Source: Bdellovibrionota bacterium | GTDB taxonomy: Bacteria; Bdellovibrionota; FAC87; UBA2466 | DNA length: 64,000 nucleotides | NCBI GenBank assembly: GCA_041749855.1 | Contig: JBGTAN010000026.1 | Coordinates: 24,472 to 88,471, forward strand | Direction of reading: 5' to 3' | Shown: piece after piece, positions 36,299 to 44,717 of the stretch | Layout: each line of letters begins with the position of its first letter | How positions within the stretch are numbered: position 1 is the first letter of the stretch | Translations under genes and position numbers: made by a program | The notes under the pieces: generated by a model | The model's input: the letters and a program-made list of their open reading frames with translations, nothing else | What the model was told of the DNA's origin: nothing | Database searches by the model: none

Positions 36299-36976
36299 AT
36301 GCAACTTGCGCGTCGCTTCAAGGTTCCTCTTCTGTTCATTCTCCTGGCGAGTGCTCCTGCGCTTGCTGAAGATAAGGGGGGTGGTGCAGGCACCAAAGCA
36401 GATATTAAAAAGGCACACCGGTGGAGTTTGAGCGATTGGTTGGAGACGCGTGACCGGATGCGTCTGATGGATCTCTGGTTGGCGATGCATTCGCCGAGCC
36501 CCTACGAGTTCTTTGTCACGGGTGCGTATAAGTCGGGAACAGGGGGAGCGGGAGCCAACTACCAGGGTTGGGACTTTGCAGCAGCGGCGAACGCCTATTT
36601 GTTCGGAGTCGAGCTACAGCGGCAAATGTCGAATGCGGAAAGCGCCTGGTTGGGGATGGTGAATCTGCGCCTTTTTGGAATTTACAACCAAGCGACGAAT
36701 TTAACGATTCAAGGGGGCGTGCGCGCCCAGGACTCCGCCGCTGGCCCTTTGTGGAATCCGTTTGTGGGAGCGCATGCGACGCTCTATTTCGCGAAGGCGT
36801 TTGGAACCACGCTGCTCTATCGCTACACGGTAGCAAATGGGATGGGGGTTCCTACGGGTTCTAGCCACTTTGAATGGGGCGCCTTTATCGACTTTCAGTT
36901 TGTTCGAGTATTCGGGGACTATTTCGCCCATTCGGGAGCCTCGGGATTTCATCTCGGAGCACGCGTTTATTTTTAA
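36299..36976 (+). CDS. putative outer-membrane beta-barrel protein
   Basis: Signal peptide ...LLASAPALA, alternating hydrophobic pattern, and a C-terminal aromatic residue (...GARVYF). Confidence 0.5.
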   Translation: MQLARRFKVPLLFILLASAPALAEDKGGGAGTKADIKKAHRWSLSDWLETRDRMRLMDLWLAMHSPSPYEFFVTGAYKSGTGGAGANYQGWDFAAAANAYLFGVELQRQMSNAESAWLGMVNLRLFGIYNQATNLTIQGGVRAQDSAAGPLWNPFVGAHATLYFAKAFGTTLLYRYTVANGMGVPTGSSHFEWGAFIDFQFVRVFGDYFAHSGASGFHLGARVYF

Positions 36977-36997
36977 GCAATGGAAAGGACTTTACCC

Positions 36998-37555
36998 ATG
37001 AAGCACCTGGCACTTGTTTTGGCACTCACTCTGACCACCCCTTCGCTGTTTGCGGCATCGATGCTCAAATATGAAGTGGAGCCCATCATTGGTTATGAAC
37101 GCGTTCAGAAATTGGTTCCTACACCCCACACGCGCGACCGCCTCGTGTACGGTGTTCGAGTGACTGCGGGTGTATTGATGGTGTCCGGTGAAGCCGAGTA
37201 CACGCGAGCAACCGATACTGAATCATTCCCCCTGACTTCCACATCGATTCAAGACACTGACGATAAAGCTCGTATCGGTTTGCGTTCCACTATCGGGATG
37301 GGAAGACTCTTAAACTTTGTCGTTCGAGCCGGAGCCCAAGCGAGACAAACCAAAAGCGAGACGACGGTTGCTGGATTCACTACCACTACCATCGCTCCTA
37401 TCCGGTACAACCCCTACGCAGGGGCGGGCCTCAGGGCGAGACTTGCGGGCAACGTTTCTTTCACCGCAGATCTCACCGTCGTATTCACGGACTTTCCGAA
37501 CATGAATCGGAACGAGTACATGACAACCGCAGGCTTTGCGGTTTCATTTCCGTAA
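36998..37555 (+). CDS. putative small outer-membrane beta-barrel protein
   Basis: The start is MKHLALVLALTLTTPSLFA (ATG 36998, with AAAGGA upstream). It has an alternating beta-strand pattern and its stop overlaps the start of the next gene (TAATG). Confidence 0.5.
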   Translation: MKHLALVLALTLTTPSLFAASMLKYEVEPIIGYERVQKLVPTPHTRDRLVYGVRVTAGVLMVSGEAEYTRATDTESFPLTSTSIQDTDDKARIGLRSTIGMGRLLNFVVRAGAQARQTKSETTVAGFTTTTIAPIRYNPYAGAGLRARLAGNVSFTADLTVVFTDFPNMNRNEYMTTAGFAVSFP

Positions 37556-38367
37556 TGTCCGAAAAAATCCGACCTACTGTTTTGATTACCGGGGCCTCCG
37601 CTGGTATCGGTGCTGCACTTGCGCGTGAGTATGCACGCTACGGCTACCACCTCATCCTCGTTGCGCGCCGTTTAGAGCGATTGGAGCTGCTTGCGACCGA
37701 ACTGCGCGCTCCGGATCGCAAGGTTCTCGTTTACAGCGCTGACGTGACCCGCCTTGAAGACATGAAGAACGTAGTCGAGTTGGCGCTCGCCCAACTGCCC
37801 AGTCTGGACATCGCCATCGCCAACGCCGGTTTCGGGGTCGCGGGAGAATTCGAAAAGCTTTCGAACGAGGACTACGCGCGACAGTTCGAAACCAATATTT
37901 ACGGCGTGCTCAATACGCTTCGAGTCGCACTGCCCGCTTTGAAGAAAAGCCGAGGCCGGGTGGGCATCGTGGGGAGCGTGATGGGTTATCTCTCAGTCCC
38001 CGGAAATTCGCCTTACGCGATGAGCAAGTTCGCCATCCGGGCCTTCGCCGATTCAGTTCGCCACGAATTGAGATCCCAAGGTGTGTCAGTTACCCACATT
38101 AGTCCTGGCATTATTCGAACCGAAATCCGCAGGGTCAACAATGAGGGGCGCTTCCTGGAAGAGGCCCAAGATCCTGCTCCGGCCTGGATTTCAGCCAGCC
38201 CCGAGTATGCCGCCAGAGTCATCAGGCGAGCGCTACAATGGCGAGTTAGAGAGCGGTGCATCACTTTTCATGGCTGGCTCATCATTAGGCTGCTTCGGCA
38301 TTTCCCCGGTGTTTCTCACTGGTTAATCAGCCACTTGGGCGTTCGGGCCCGGGCCGAACCGGGCTGA
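37555..38367 (+). CDS. short-chain dehydrogenase/reductase (SDR)
   Basis: TGASAGIG cofactor motif, NAG, and the YAMSK catalytic YxxxK. Confidence 0.85.
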   Translation: MSEKIRPTVLITGASAGIGAALAREYARYGYHLILVARRLERLELLATELRAPDRKVLVYSADVTRLEDMKNVVELALAQLPSLDIAIANAGFGVAGEFEKLSNEDYARQFETNIYGVLNTLRVALPALKKSRGRVGIVGSVMGYLSVPGNSPYAMSKFAIRAFADSVRHELRSQGVSVTHISPGIIRTEIRRVNNEGRFLEEAQDPAPAWISASPEYAARVIRRALQWRVRERCITFHGWLIIRLLRHFPGVSHWLISHLGVRARAEPG

Positions 38368-38461
38368 TCCTTATGTCTATTCGCAACAGTCCGCTTCGGG
38401 GGTGTTGCAGAGCTCAGCAGAATCAGTTAATAGACTCCCCCGTTTGTGCCTGGCTTGTTGC

Positions 38462-38477
38462 TGGCACCCCGGTTGCA
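38462..38477 (+). promoter_or_regulatory. sigma-54 (-24/-12) promoter
   Basis: CTGGCACCCCGGTTGCAA matches YTGGCAC-N5-TTGCW exactly, with a GG-N10-GC spacing. It lies about 40 nt upstream of ATG 38519. Confidence 0.55.
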
Positions 38478-38518
38478 ACCTGGACGGGCGCTAACCCGAA
38501 CGAAAAGGAGTGAAGGAT

Positions 38519-38854
38519 ATGTTCCCTTCTGAAAACGAGATCAATCAAACAGTTCCAACGGCTATTCAACCGATGACCCCCGTGAAAAAGAGCACGAGAG
38601 GTTTTGCTTCGATGAACCCTGAGCGTCAGCGTGAGATCGCCCGCAAAGGCGGACGTGCCGCTCATCAAAAAGGCACGGCTCATGAATTTACACCTGAAGA
38701 AGCTCGCGTGGCCGGCCGTAAGGGCGGACAAGCAGTAAGCCGCGATCGCGCACACATGGCCTTGATTGGTCGTGAAGGTGGGCAGGCTCGTGGTGCAAAA
38801 GCCGCGCGTCAAGCGCAGCTCGCTTCTCAACAGAGCGTTCAACAAGCTTCCTAA
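38519..38854 (+). CDS. KGG-repeat general stress protein (YciG-like)
   Basis: Repeated KGG/EGG motifs (IARKGGRAAH, AGRKGGQAVS, IGREGGQARG). AAGGAG lies 8 nt upstream of ATG 38519. Confidence 0.75.
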   Translation: MFPSENEINQTVPTAIQPMTPVKKSTRGFASMNPERQREIARKGGRAAHQKGTAHEFTPEEARVAGRKGGQAVSRDRAHMALIGREGGQARGAKAARQAQLASQQSVQQAS

Positions 38855-38951
38855 CTTTAGATTCGTTAGGTAGACTACGTCTTTCGAATTCATACATCCC
38901 GGGCAACGGTGCTCGGGATGTATGTTTTTTTCTTCCTCTGGAGATCAAGTA

Positions 38952-39203
38952 ATGAAAGTCATCCTAAGTTCAGTCATCGCTCTTGCTTTCGCCTGGAACC
39001 TAAACGTGTTTGCAAACGAAGCAGAAGTAGAAGCCATTGCTCCTGTAACTGAAGAACATGCTGCTGATCACGCTGCAGAAACTTCGGAAGCTACGACGAC
39101 GACCACTGAAACCAAGGTCGCTAAAAAAGCAAAAAAAGCAGCCAAAAAGCCTGCTACCAAGACTTCCAAAAAAACCACGACAACCAAAGAAGAGCATCAC
39201 TAA
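38952..39203 (+). CDS. small secreted Lys/Thr-rich protein
   Basis: Signal peptide MKVILSSVIALAFAWNLNVFA, then an acidic segment, then KKAKKAAKKPATKTSKKTTTTKEEHH. It is followed by a strong terminator. Confidence 0.5.
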   Translation: MKVILSSVIALAFAWNLNVFANEAEVEAIAPVTEEHAADHAAETSEATTTTTETKVAKKAKKAAKKPATKTSKKTTTTKEEHH

Positions 39204-39241
39204 GCTCTCCTTGGCTCGTTGTTATTTAAGTAGTTTGAAAA

Positions 39242-39269
39242 GGACTGGGGAAACCCGGTCCTTTTTTTT
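39242..39269. terminator. bidirectional rho-independent terminator
   Basis: GGACTGGG-GAAA-CCCGGTCC (8 bp including one G-U pair) followed by T8, with an A4 run upstream. It sits between convergent genes (stops at 39203 and 39277). Confidence 0.7.
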
Positions 39270-39276
39270 GGTGAGC

Positions 39277-40491
39277 CTAAACTTCGAATGCAGTGAGCGA
39301 TTCGAGTGTTTCTCGGCGGCGAATAACTTTCGGGCGTCCCGCCTCAATAAGCACTTCCGGTGCGCGCGGTCGACTATTGTACTGAGAGGCCATGGCGGCC
39401 GAATAAGCACCCGTGACGCCGACCAAGACGAGGTCTCCCTCCTTGAGCGGCGGAAGTTTTCGGTTCAGAGCGAGAAAGTCACCCGTTTCACAGATGGGTC
39501 CCACGATATCGACGGTTTGAGCAGGGCCTTTGCGCGGCTCTACCGGCACGATGGGGTGATACGCTTCGTAGAGACTAGGACGAATCAAGTCGTTCATTGC
39601 CGCATCCACGATTACGAAGCGTTTCTTTGGAGTTTTCTTGGTTGCTATCACTCGGGTGAGAAGGGCTCCGCTCTCCGCAATGAGCCACCGCCCGGGTTCC
39701 AAGACCAGCTTCAAGCCATTCTTCTGCAAGGGCGATAAAACGGCTTTGGCGTAAGCGTCTACGGAAGGCGGTTTTTCATTGGAGTAGCGCACAGCGAGTC
39801 CTCCGCCCAAATCAAGGTACTGAAAGTCCGGATGGGTTTTGAGTGACTCGGTTAGACGCGAGAGTCGGCGTGCGGCCTGCTTGAAAACTTTTGCATCTTT
39901 GATCTGGCTGCCCAAGTGACAACCCAGTCCACGGAGTTTCAGCCCGGGGAGTGACAGCCCTAGGTGCACGGCTTCGTCCAACAAAGACTCAGCGATACCA
40001 AATTTGGTGGAGTAAAGTCCTGTGGCAATATACGGGTTGGTCTTCGCGTCGATGTTCGGGTTCACTCGAAGGAAAACACCGGCGGATTTTTTCTTACCCG
40101 TTGCAATCGCAGAGATGCGTTCTAGCTCGCTTAAACTTTCCGCGTTGAAAGCGAGAATGCCCCGATCGATCCCCAACTCGATTTCCCAGTCTTGTTTTCC
40201 CACCCCGGAAAATACGATTTGGTCGGCACGTGCACCTGCATTGAGCGCACGCTGCAGCTCTCCGCCAGACACCACATCCGCACCAATGCCTTTACGGAAG
40301 ATTTTTTCCAGAAGGGCACGCGTGGTGTTTGCCTTTACGGCATAGCAAAACGTGGTGGGGTGACTGCTAAAGGCTTTCAACAGGGCTGTGCACTGGGCGT
40401 CGATTTTTTCGCCTGCATAAACGTAGCAGGGAGTGCCATGGGTGCGGGCAATTTGCGAAAGCAAGTCAGGGTGAAAATTACCAAACAACAT
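39277..40491 (-). CDS. lysA: diaminopimelate decarboxylase
   Basis: PLP-binding FCYAVKANT, GPICETGD, and overall LysA length and layout. Confidence 0.9.
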   Translation of the reverse strand: MLFGNFHPDLLSQIARTHGTPCYVYAGEKIDAQCTALLKAFSSHPTTFCYAVKANTTRALLEKIFRKGIGADVVSGGELQRALNAGARADQIVFSGVGKQDWEIELGIDRGILAFNAESLSELERISAIATGKKKSAGVFLRVNPNIDAKTNPYIATGLYSTKFGIAESLLDEAVHLGLSLPGLKLRGLGCHLGSQIKDAKVFKQAARRLSRLTESLKTHPDFQYLDLGGGLAVRYSNEKPPSVDAYAKAVLSPLQKNGLKLVLEPGRWLIAESGALLTRVIATKKTPKKRFVIVDAAMNDLIRPSLYEAYHPIVPVEPRKGPAQTVDIVGPICETGDFLALNRKLPPLKEGDLVLVGVTGAYSAAMASQYNSRPRAPEVLIEAGRPKVIRRRETLESLTAFEV

Positions 40492-40502
40492 CTAAATCAA
40501 TC

Positions 40503-41285
40503 CTAGAAAACGATGGTCATACCACCTTGGAAGCGACTAGGCGTGCTGTATTGTGCGATGAGCTGAAGTTCCTTTGTGACGAAGACGCCGAGTCCCAGCG
40601 TGTGAGAAATAAACTCAGTGCCGGTTTCGTAGCTGGTCCGAAAATGCACGCCTGCAGAGTTGCCGAGTTCCAATTGCGCAGAGAGGGTGAAGAGGTAGTT
40701 CGACGTCAAAGCAGAGAAAGGGGGCAACAGCACATTGGCTTCCACATTGTATTGGCTGCTGCGGTTACCCACCCCGACGCCTAACCGGGTCACTCCACTG
40801 AGGTCGTAAAAGACGATCCCCAAGTCGATCACTTTCAACTCGACCACCATCCCCACATCCACGTTGGGAGAGAAATTGGAGGCCACATCGTACTCCCGAA
40901 GGCTCAACCCGACGTTGAAATTTGAAAAGTTTGCACCGAGGCCGGCAAATACGCCGTGAGCATCGCTTCCGCCGCCGGAGTTCATTTGATAGCCGGCATT
41001 AAAGCCCATGTTTCCCCCAGAATGTGCGACGGAGGCAAAGGCCTGATTGGTGCCTGATCCTCCGCCAGGAGAATAAGTGGCTTGAAGTGCCGTGCCCCGT
41101 CCTGCAGAGGGAAGCGCTGCGGCGTTGACGCCTCCCGCCACGTTAAAGCCAGGATAAACCAATGCAACGGGGTCCGGGTAAAAGCGCCCTGCTGGGAAGG
41201 CATTATTCACCTCAGCGTAGGCTGCCGTGGAAAGGACAAAGGCAGTGAGAAAAGCCGGAAACAAAGTTGAAGCAGTGCGACGCAT
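40503..41285 (-). CDS. putative outer-membrane beta-barrel protein
   Basis: The start is taken at MRRTASTLFPAFLTAFVLSTAAYA (ATG 41285, with GGAGGG upstream). It is Gly/Asn/Ser-rich with alternating strands and a C-terminal ...GGMTIVF. Confidence 0.6.
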   Translation of the reverse strand: MRRTASTLFPAFLTAFVLSTAAYAEVNNAFPAGRFYPDPVALVYPGFNVAGGVNAAALPSAGRGTALQATYSPGGGSGTNQAFASVAHSGGNMGFNAGYQMNSGGGSDAHGVFAGLGANFSNFNVGLSLREYDVASNFSPNVDVGMVVELKVIDLGIVFYDLSGVTRLGVGVGNRSSQYNVEANVLLPPFSALTSNYLFTLSAQLELGNSAGVHFRTSYETGTEFISHTLGLGVFVTKELQLIAQYSTPSRFQGGMTIVF

Positions 41286-41400
41286 GGATCCCCCTCCCGC
41301 AGATTCTATCGTAGGTGCAAAGGAAAGACAGCGTGCACGATTAGCGATATAATTCGATCCAGGCGCTTGCCGGTCGAAACCGTTTCTGGAGATCCCACCG

Positions 41401-42774
41401 TTGCGTTTTATTCTCACTACCATTTCTGCTCTAGCTTGCGCTTGGGCCACACTGCTGCAGGGCGCTAGTCCCGCGCGTGTTCTTCTGAATGAAAATCGGC
41501 TCGATGAAGCTACCGCAGTGTGCCGCCAGATTGAGCTGCTCTCGACGATTGATCCCGACAACTTTGCTGCCTGCGCCTGGGTAGGCTTTCGCACGGACAG
41601 AGACGATATCGGCGAGAAGTTTCTGGAGAAAGCTCGAAAAACGGGGGGCCCTGAGCTCCAGATGTTGCAGGCCTACTCCCAGATGAAGAAGAAGAATTAT
41701 GAAGGGGCCAAGACCATCCTAACCGCACTTTCAGAGGGGAACCGTTCGGGCTCCATCGGCATGGCGATTCAGGAGCTCAACGCTGAAATGTACGAGATGA
41801 TGGGGCAGCTCGACACCGCCGCCTTTATCTATAAACAGGTGGCGAGTGAAGATCCCTCGCGCGCGCGCGCCCATTGGAGCTTGGCTCGGTACTACTTGAG
41901 CAAATCGGAAATTCCCCGCGCAATCACCCATCTCGAACAAACCGCACGCCTTTGGCCGAAGCATTTAGGTAGCCGGTACAATTTAGGCGTTCTCAAAATC
42001 CAAGAAGGCGCTTTGCCGGAAGCTACCAAATGGCTGGCTGAGTCCTACAAACTCAATCGCTCCGATCCCGGCGTGCTCGAGCAACTCGGCCTTCTGTTTG
42101 AGAAAAAGGGCTCCCTTTCCGACGCTGTCCGCTATTGGCAAAAAGCGAGCTCGCTCGGCAAAGATGCCGTGATCGCTCGCGAGAAACTCTCGCACTATTT
42201 GATTCAGGCTGTAGATTCGCTCATTCAAAGCAACCAATTTGATAAGGCATTGGTCCAGCTTAACGCACACTCTCGCACCCTTAAAGACCCCAAGCTTATC
42301 TTCCGAAGAGCGGTGGTTTATAGAAACCTGGGCAGCTTCGATGCGGCTATCAAGGACTTGCGCGAATATAGGAATTTGGCCCCCGAAGACGGCGGAGCTG
42401 CACGAGAGCTTGGACTGTGCTACGTAAACTTGAAACTTATTGACCAGGCGGGCCAAAGCTTCATGAAAGCCATCGAGCTGGAGCCCGAAAACGGCCTGAA
42501 TTACGCCTGGCTAGCCTACGTTTTTGAGAACAAGGGCAAGATGGCGGAGGCTCGGGAGGCTTGGAAGCGTTCGCTTCAATACCTGACTGAGCCCGATGAA
42601 TTGGAACGGGCCCGACGACGGCTAGCCGCTGTCGAAAGACGAATGCCCGAGAAGAAGGAAACGAGTGTTGAGGAAAGCCCAGCAAAAGAAGAAGGCAGCT
42701 CCCAAGAAGGTGAAGCCAAAAAGCCAGCCTACGAAGACACTTCGAACGCGCGCGCGCAAGTCCCCCGTAACTAA
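41401..42774 (+). CDS. TPR-repeat protein with signal peptide
   Basis: Multiple TPR-like A/Y/L repeats (ARYYLSKSEIPRAITHLEQ; LGLLFEKKGSLSDAVRYWQKA; LAYVFENKGKMAEAREAWKRS). It has a TTG start. Confidence 0.7.
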   Translation: MRFILTTISALACAWATLLQGASPARVLLNENRLDEATAVCRQIELLSTIDPDNFAACAWVGFRTDRDDIGEKFLEKARKTGGPELQMLQAYSQMKKKNYEGAKTILTALSEGNRSGSIGMAIQELNAEMYEMMGQLDTAAFIYKQVASEDPSRARAHWSLARYYLSKSEIPRAITHLEQTARLWPKHLGSRYNLGVLKIQEGALPEATKWLAESYKLNRSDPGVLEQLGLLFEKKGSLSDAVRYWQKASSLGKDAVIAREKLSHYLIQAVDSLIQSNQFDKALVQLNAHSRTLKDPKLIFRRAVVYRNLGSFDAAIKDLREYRNLAPEDGGAARELGLCYVNLKLIDQAGQSFMKAIELEPENGLNYAWLAYVFENKGKMAEAREAWKRSLQYLTEPDELERARRRLAAVERRMPEKKETSVEESPAKEEGSSQEGEAKKPAYEDTSNARAQVPRN

Positions 42775-42781
42775 GCGGGCC

Positions 42782-43702
42782 GTGCGCCCGAAGGCCGAAG
42801 CGCCTTCCTCGGGCTGGCACGAACTCCAGATTCGCGTCGCCCCACCCATGAAAGATGCCATTGTGCACCAGCTGTTCGAATGGGGTGCCAAGGGGGTCAT
42901 CGAAGATGACGCCGAGGACGAATGCCTCATTCGAGCGTTTTTCGAAGAAGTCCGCCGTGAAGAAGTAGCAGAAGCGCTTCAACCTTTTCTCAATTCCATC
43001 GTCGGACACTTCCCGGGAACGGGCGCAACGACCGTGAGTTGGAGTGAAGTTGAAGATGAAGACTGGTCTCAGTTTCACAAGCAGTTTTATCCCGCTCAGA
43101 GTTTGACCCACTTGTTTTTCCTAAAGCCGGCTTGGGATGAGCAGACCGAAGTTCCCGACGGAATGGTCCCGTTGATTTTGGAACCGGGGCAGGCTTTTGG
43201 GACGGGCCTCCATGCCAGTACACGGCTTTGCATGCGCATGCTCGAATACTGTGTGGAGATGCATCCACGCCCCCATGAGATTCGCGCGCTGGATGTAGGG
43301 ACCGGAACAGGCATCCTTGCCATGGCGCTTTCCAAGCTGGGAATTCACGAGGCGATCGCAACCGACCATGATCCGATTGCACTGGAAGTAGCGGCAGAAA
43401 ATTTTGGAGCCAATGCGTGCAACAATATTGAGCTAACGGATTCCTCGCTCGATGAATTGGAGGGGGAGTTTGAGATTATCGTCTCGAATATTCTTCTGGA
43501 GACGCATCGCGAGCTCGCGACGCAGTATCGCCGTCTGATCGCTCCCCGCGGCCAGATTATTCTTTCAGGCTTACTAGTGAATCAGCGTTCCGAGATTGAA
43601 GAACTCATGGCCCAGGCCGGGTTCCAGGTAGAGGGTAGTGAAACTTCCCAGGAATGGTTGGCTTTGGCGTTTACCCCGATGGCAGATTTGCATTCCAGCT
43701 AG
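42782..43702 (+). CDS. prmA: ribosomal protein L11 methyltransferase
   Basis: It aligns by eye to E. coli PrmA (LEPGQAFGTGLHASTRLC, LDVGTGTGILAMA, VSNIL). GTG 42782 was chosen. An upstream GTG at 42665 with a good AAGGAA Shine-Dalgarno would add a Lys-rich extension overlapping the TPR gene. Confidence 0.8.
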   Translation: MRPKAEAPSSGWHELQIRVAPPMKDAIVHQLFEWGAKGVIEDDAEDECLIRAFFEEVRREEVAEALQPFLNSIVGHFPGTGATTVSWSEVEDEDWSQFHKQFYPAQSLTHLFFLKPAWDEQTEVPDGMVPLILEPGQAFGTGLHASTRLCMRMLEYCVEMHPRPHEIRALDVGTGTGILAMALSKLGIHEAIATDHDPIALEVAAENFGANACNNIELTDSSLDELEGEFEIIVSNILLETHRELATQYRRLIAPRGQIILSGLLVNQRSEIEELMAQAGFQVEGSETSQEWLALAFTPMADLHSS

Positions 43703-43723
43703 CCCTGGGCCAATGTGTCGCCC

Positions 43724-44713
43724 ATGAAAGTTTGGTTCCTCTTTTCCCTGTTGGCGACGTCCCTTTCGGCGCAAGGTCCCCTCCACATTTATGCTTATGA
43801 CTCCTTTGCGGGGACCGGTTCGCTGGGTGAGTGGATGAAGCGGTTTCCGGCAGCGAAAGTCGAATTCACGGTCTTTCCCACGGCGGGCGAAGCACTGAAC
43901 CAAGTGGCTTTGGAGGGCAAGGCATCCAAAGCGGATATCGTGCTCGGAGTGGATCAAACTCTGCTTAAACGTGCGGACGAGATTGGTGGATTTGCTCCTT
44001 TCGATCCAGCGCTAGAGAAGGAATTGGAACCAGGGTTGGTTTTCGATAAGGCCAAACGCTGGCTCCCTTTCGATTATGGTTATCTAGCCGTGGTTTACGA
44101 CGATAGAAGAAAAAAGGGCCCGCCCCCTGGCCTGACTTTTCAGCAGTTCGCGAAAGATCCGACTTTCCGCAAGCGCTTGGTCTTGGAAGATCCTCGCACA
44201 TCGAGTTTGGGGCGCAGTCTTCTCACTTGGACTAAAATTCTTTATGGTGGCGAGGGCTTCCTACCCTTTTGGAAAGCACTTCTCGATCAGACGCTGACCA
44301 TTGTTCCGGGTTGGTCGGCCGCCTATGGGCTCTTTCTGAAGGGTGAAGCAGACTTCGTCGTCTCCTATACCACTAGCCCCGCGTATCACATTGAGAATGA
44401 AAAAAATGACCATATAAAGGCGATTGCTTTTCCAGAAGGAAACTACCGCCAAGTGGAGGCCGTGGCGATTCGTGGAGCATCGCCTCGGGCAGCACTCGCA
44501 AAGACCTGGGTCAAATGGCTCCTTTCCAGTGAGGTGCAGACAGCCTTACCACTTCGCCAATGGATGTACCCTGCGCGAAAGCACACCGCTCTACCCGCAA
44601 GTTTCAAGCAGCTCGTGAAGATCGAGAAAGTCATCGATGATCCCGAAGTCGCAGCCACGGTGGATCGTGCCGAGTTAGCCGTTTGGACGCGACTCGCGTC
44701 TGAAAAGAAGTAG
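43724..44713 (+). CDS. thiB: thiamine ABC transporter substrate-binding protein
   Basis: There is extensive by-eye similarity to E. coli ThiB (YAYDSFA, SKADIVLG, PFDYGY, DPRTSS.G, GWSAAYGLFLKGEADFVVSYTTSPAYH, WMYPA). Confidence 0.8.
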   Translation: MKVWFLFSLLATSLSAQGPLHIYAYDSFAGTGSLGEWMKRFPAAKVEFTVFPTAGEALNQVALEGKASKADIVLGVDQTLLKRADEIGGFAPFDPALEKELEPGLVFDKAKRWLPFDYGYLAVVYDDRRKKGPPPGLTFQQFAKDPTFRKRLVLEDPRTSSLGRSLLTWTKILYGGEGFLPFWKALLDQTLTIVPGWSAAYGLFLKGEADFVVSYTTSPAYHIENEKNDHIKAIAFPEGNYRQVEAVAIRGASPRAALAKTWVKWLLSSEVQTALPLRQWMYPARKHTALPASFKQLVKIEKVIDDPEVAATVDRAELAVWTRLASEKK

Positions 44714-44717
44714 GGGC

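Noticed and set aside
36998-37025. TGGCAC-N5-TTGG, a sigma-54-like string (CTGGCACTTGTTTTGGCA).
   Set aside because: It lies within the signal-peptide coding region of the 36998 ORF, and the -12 element is TTGG rather than TTGC.
43703-43723. A TPP riboswitch expected upstream of thiB.
   Set aside because: Only 21 nt separate the prmA stop and the thiB start, so there is no space for a THI-box structure. This is recorded as a finding about regulation rather than as a feature.
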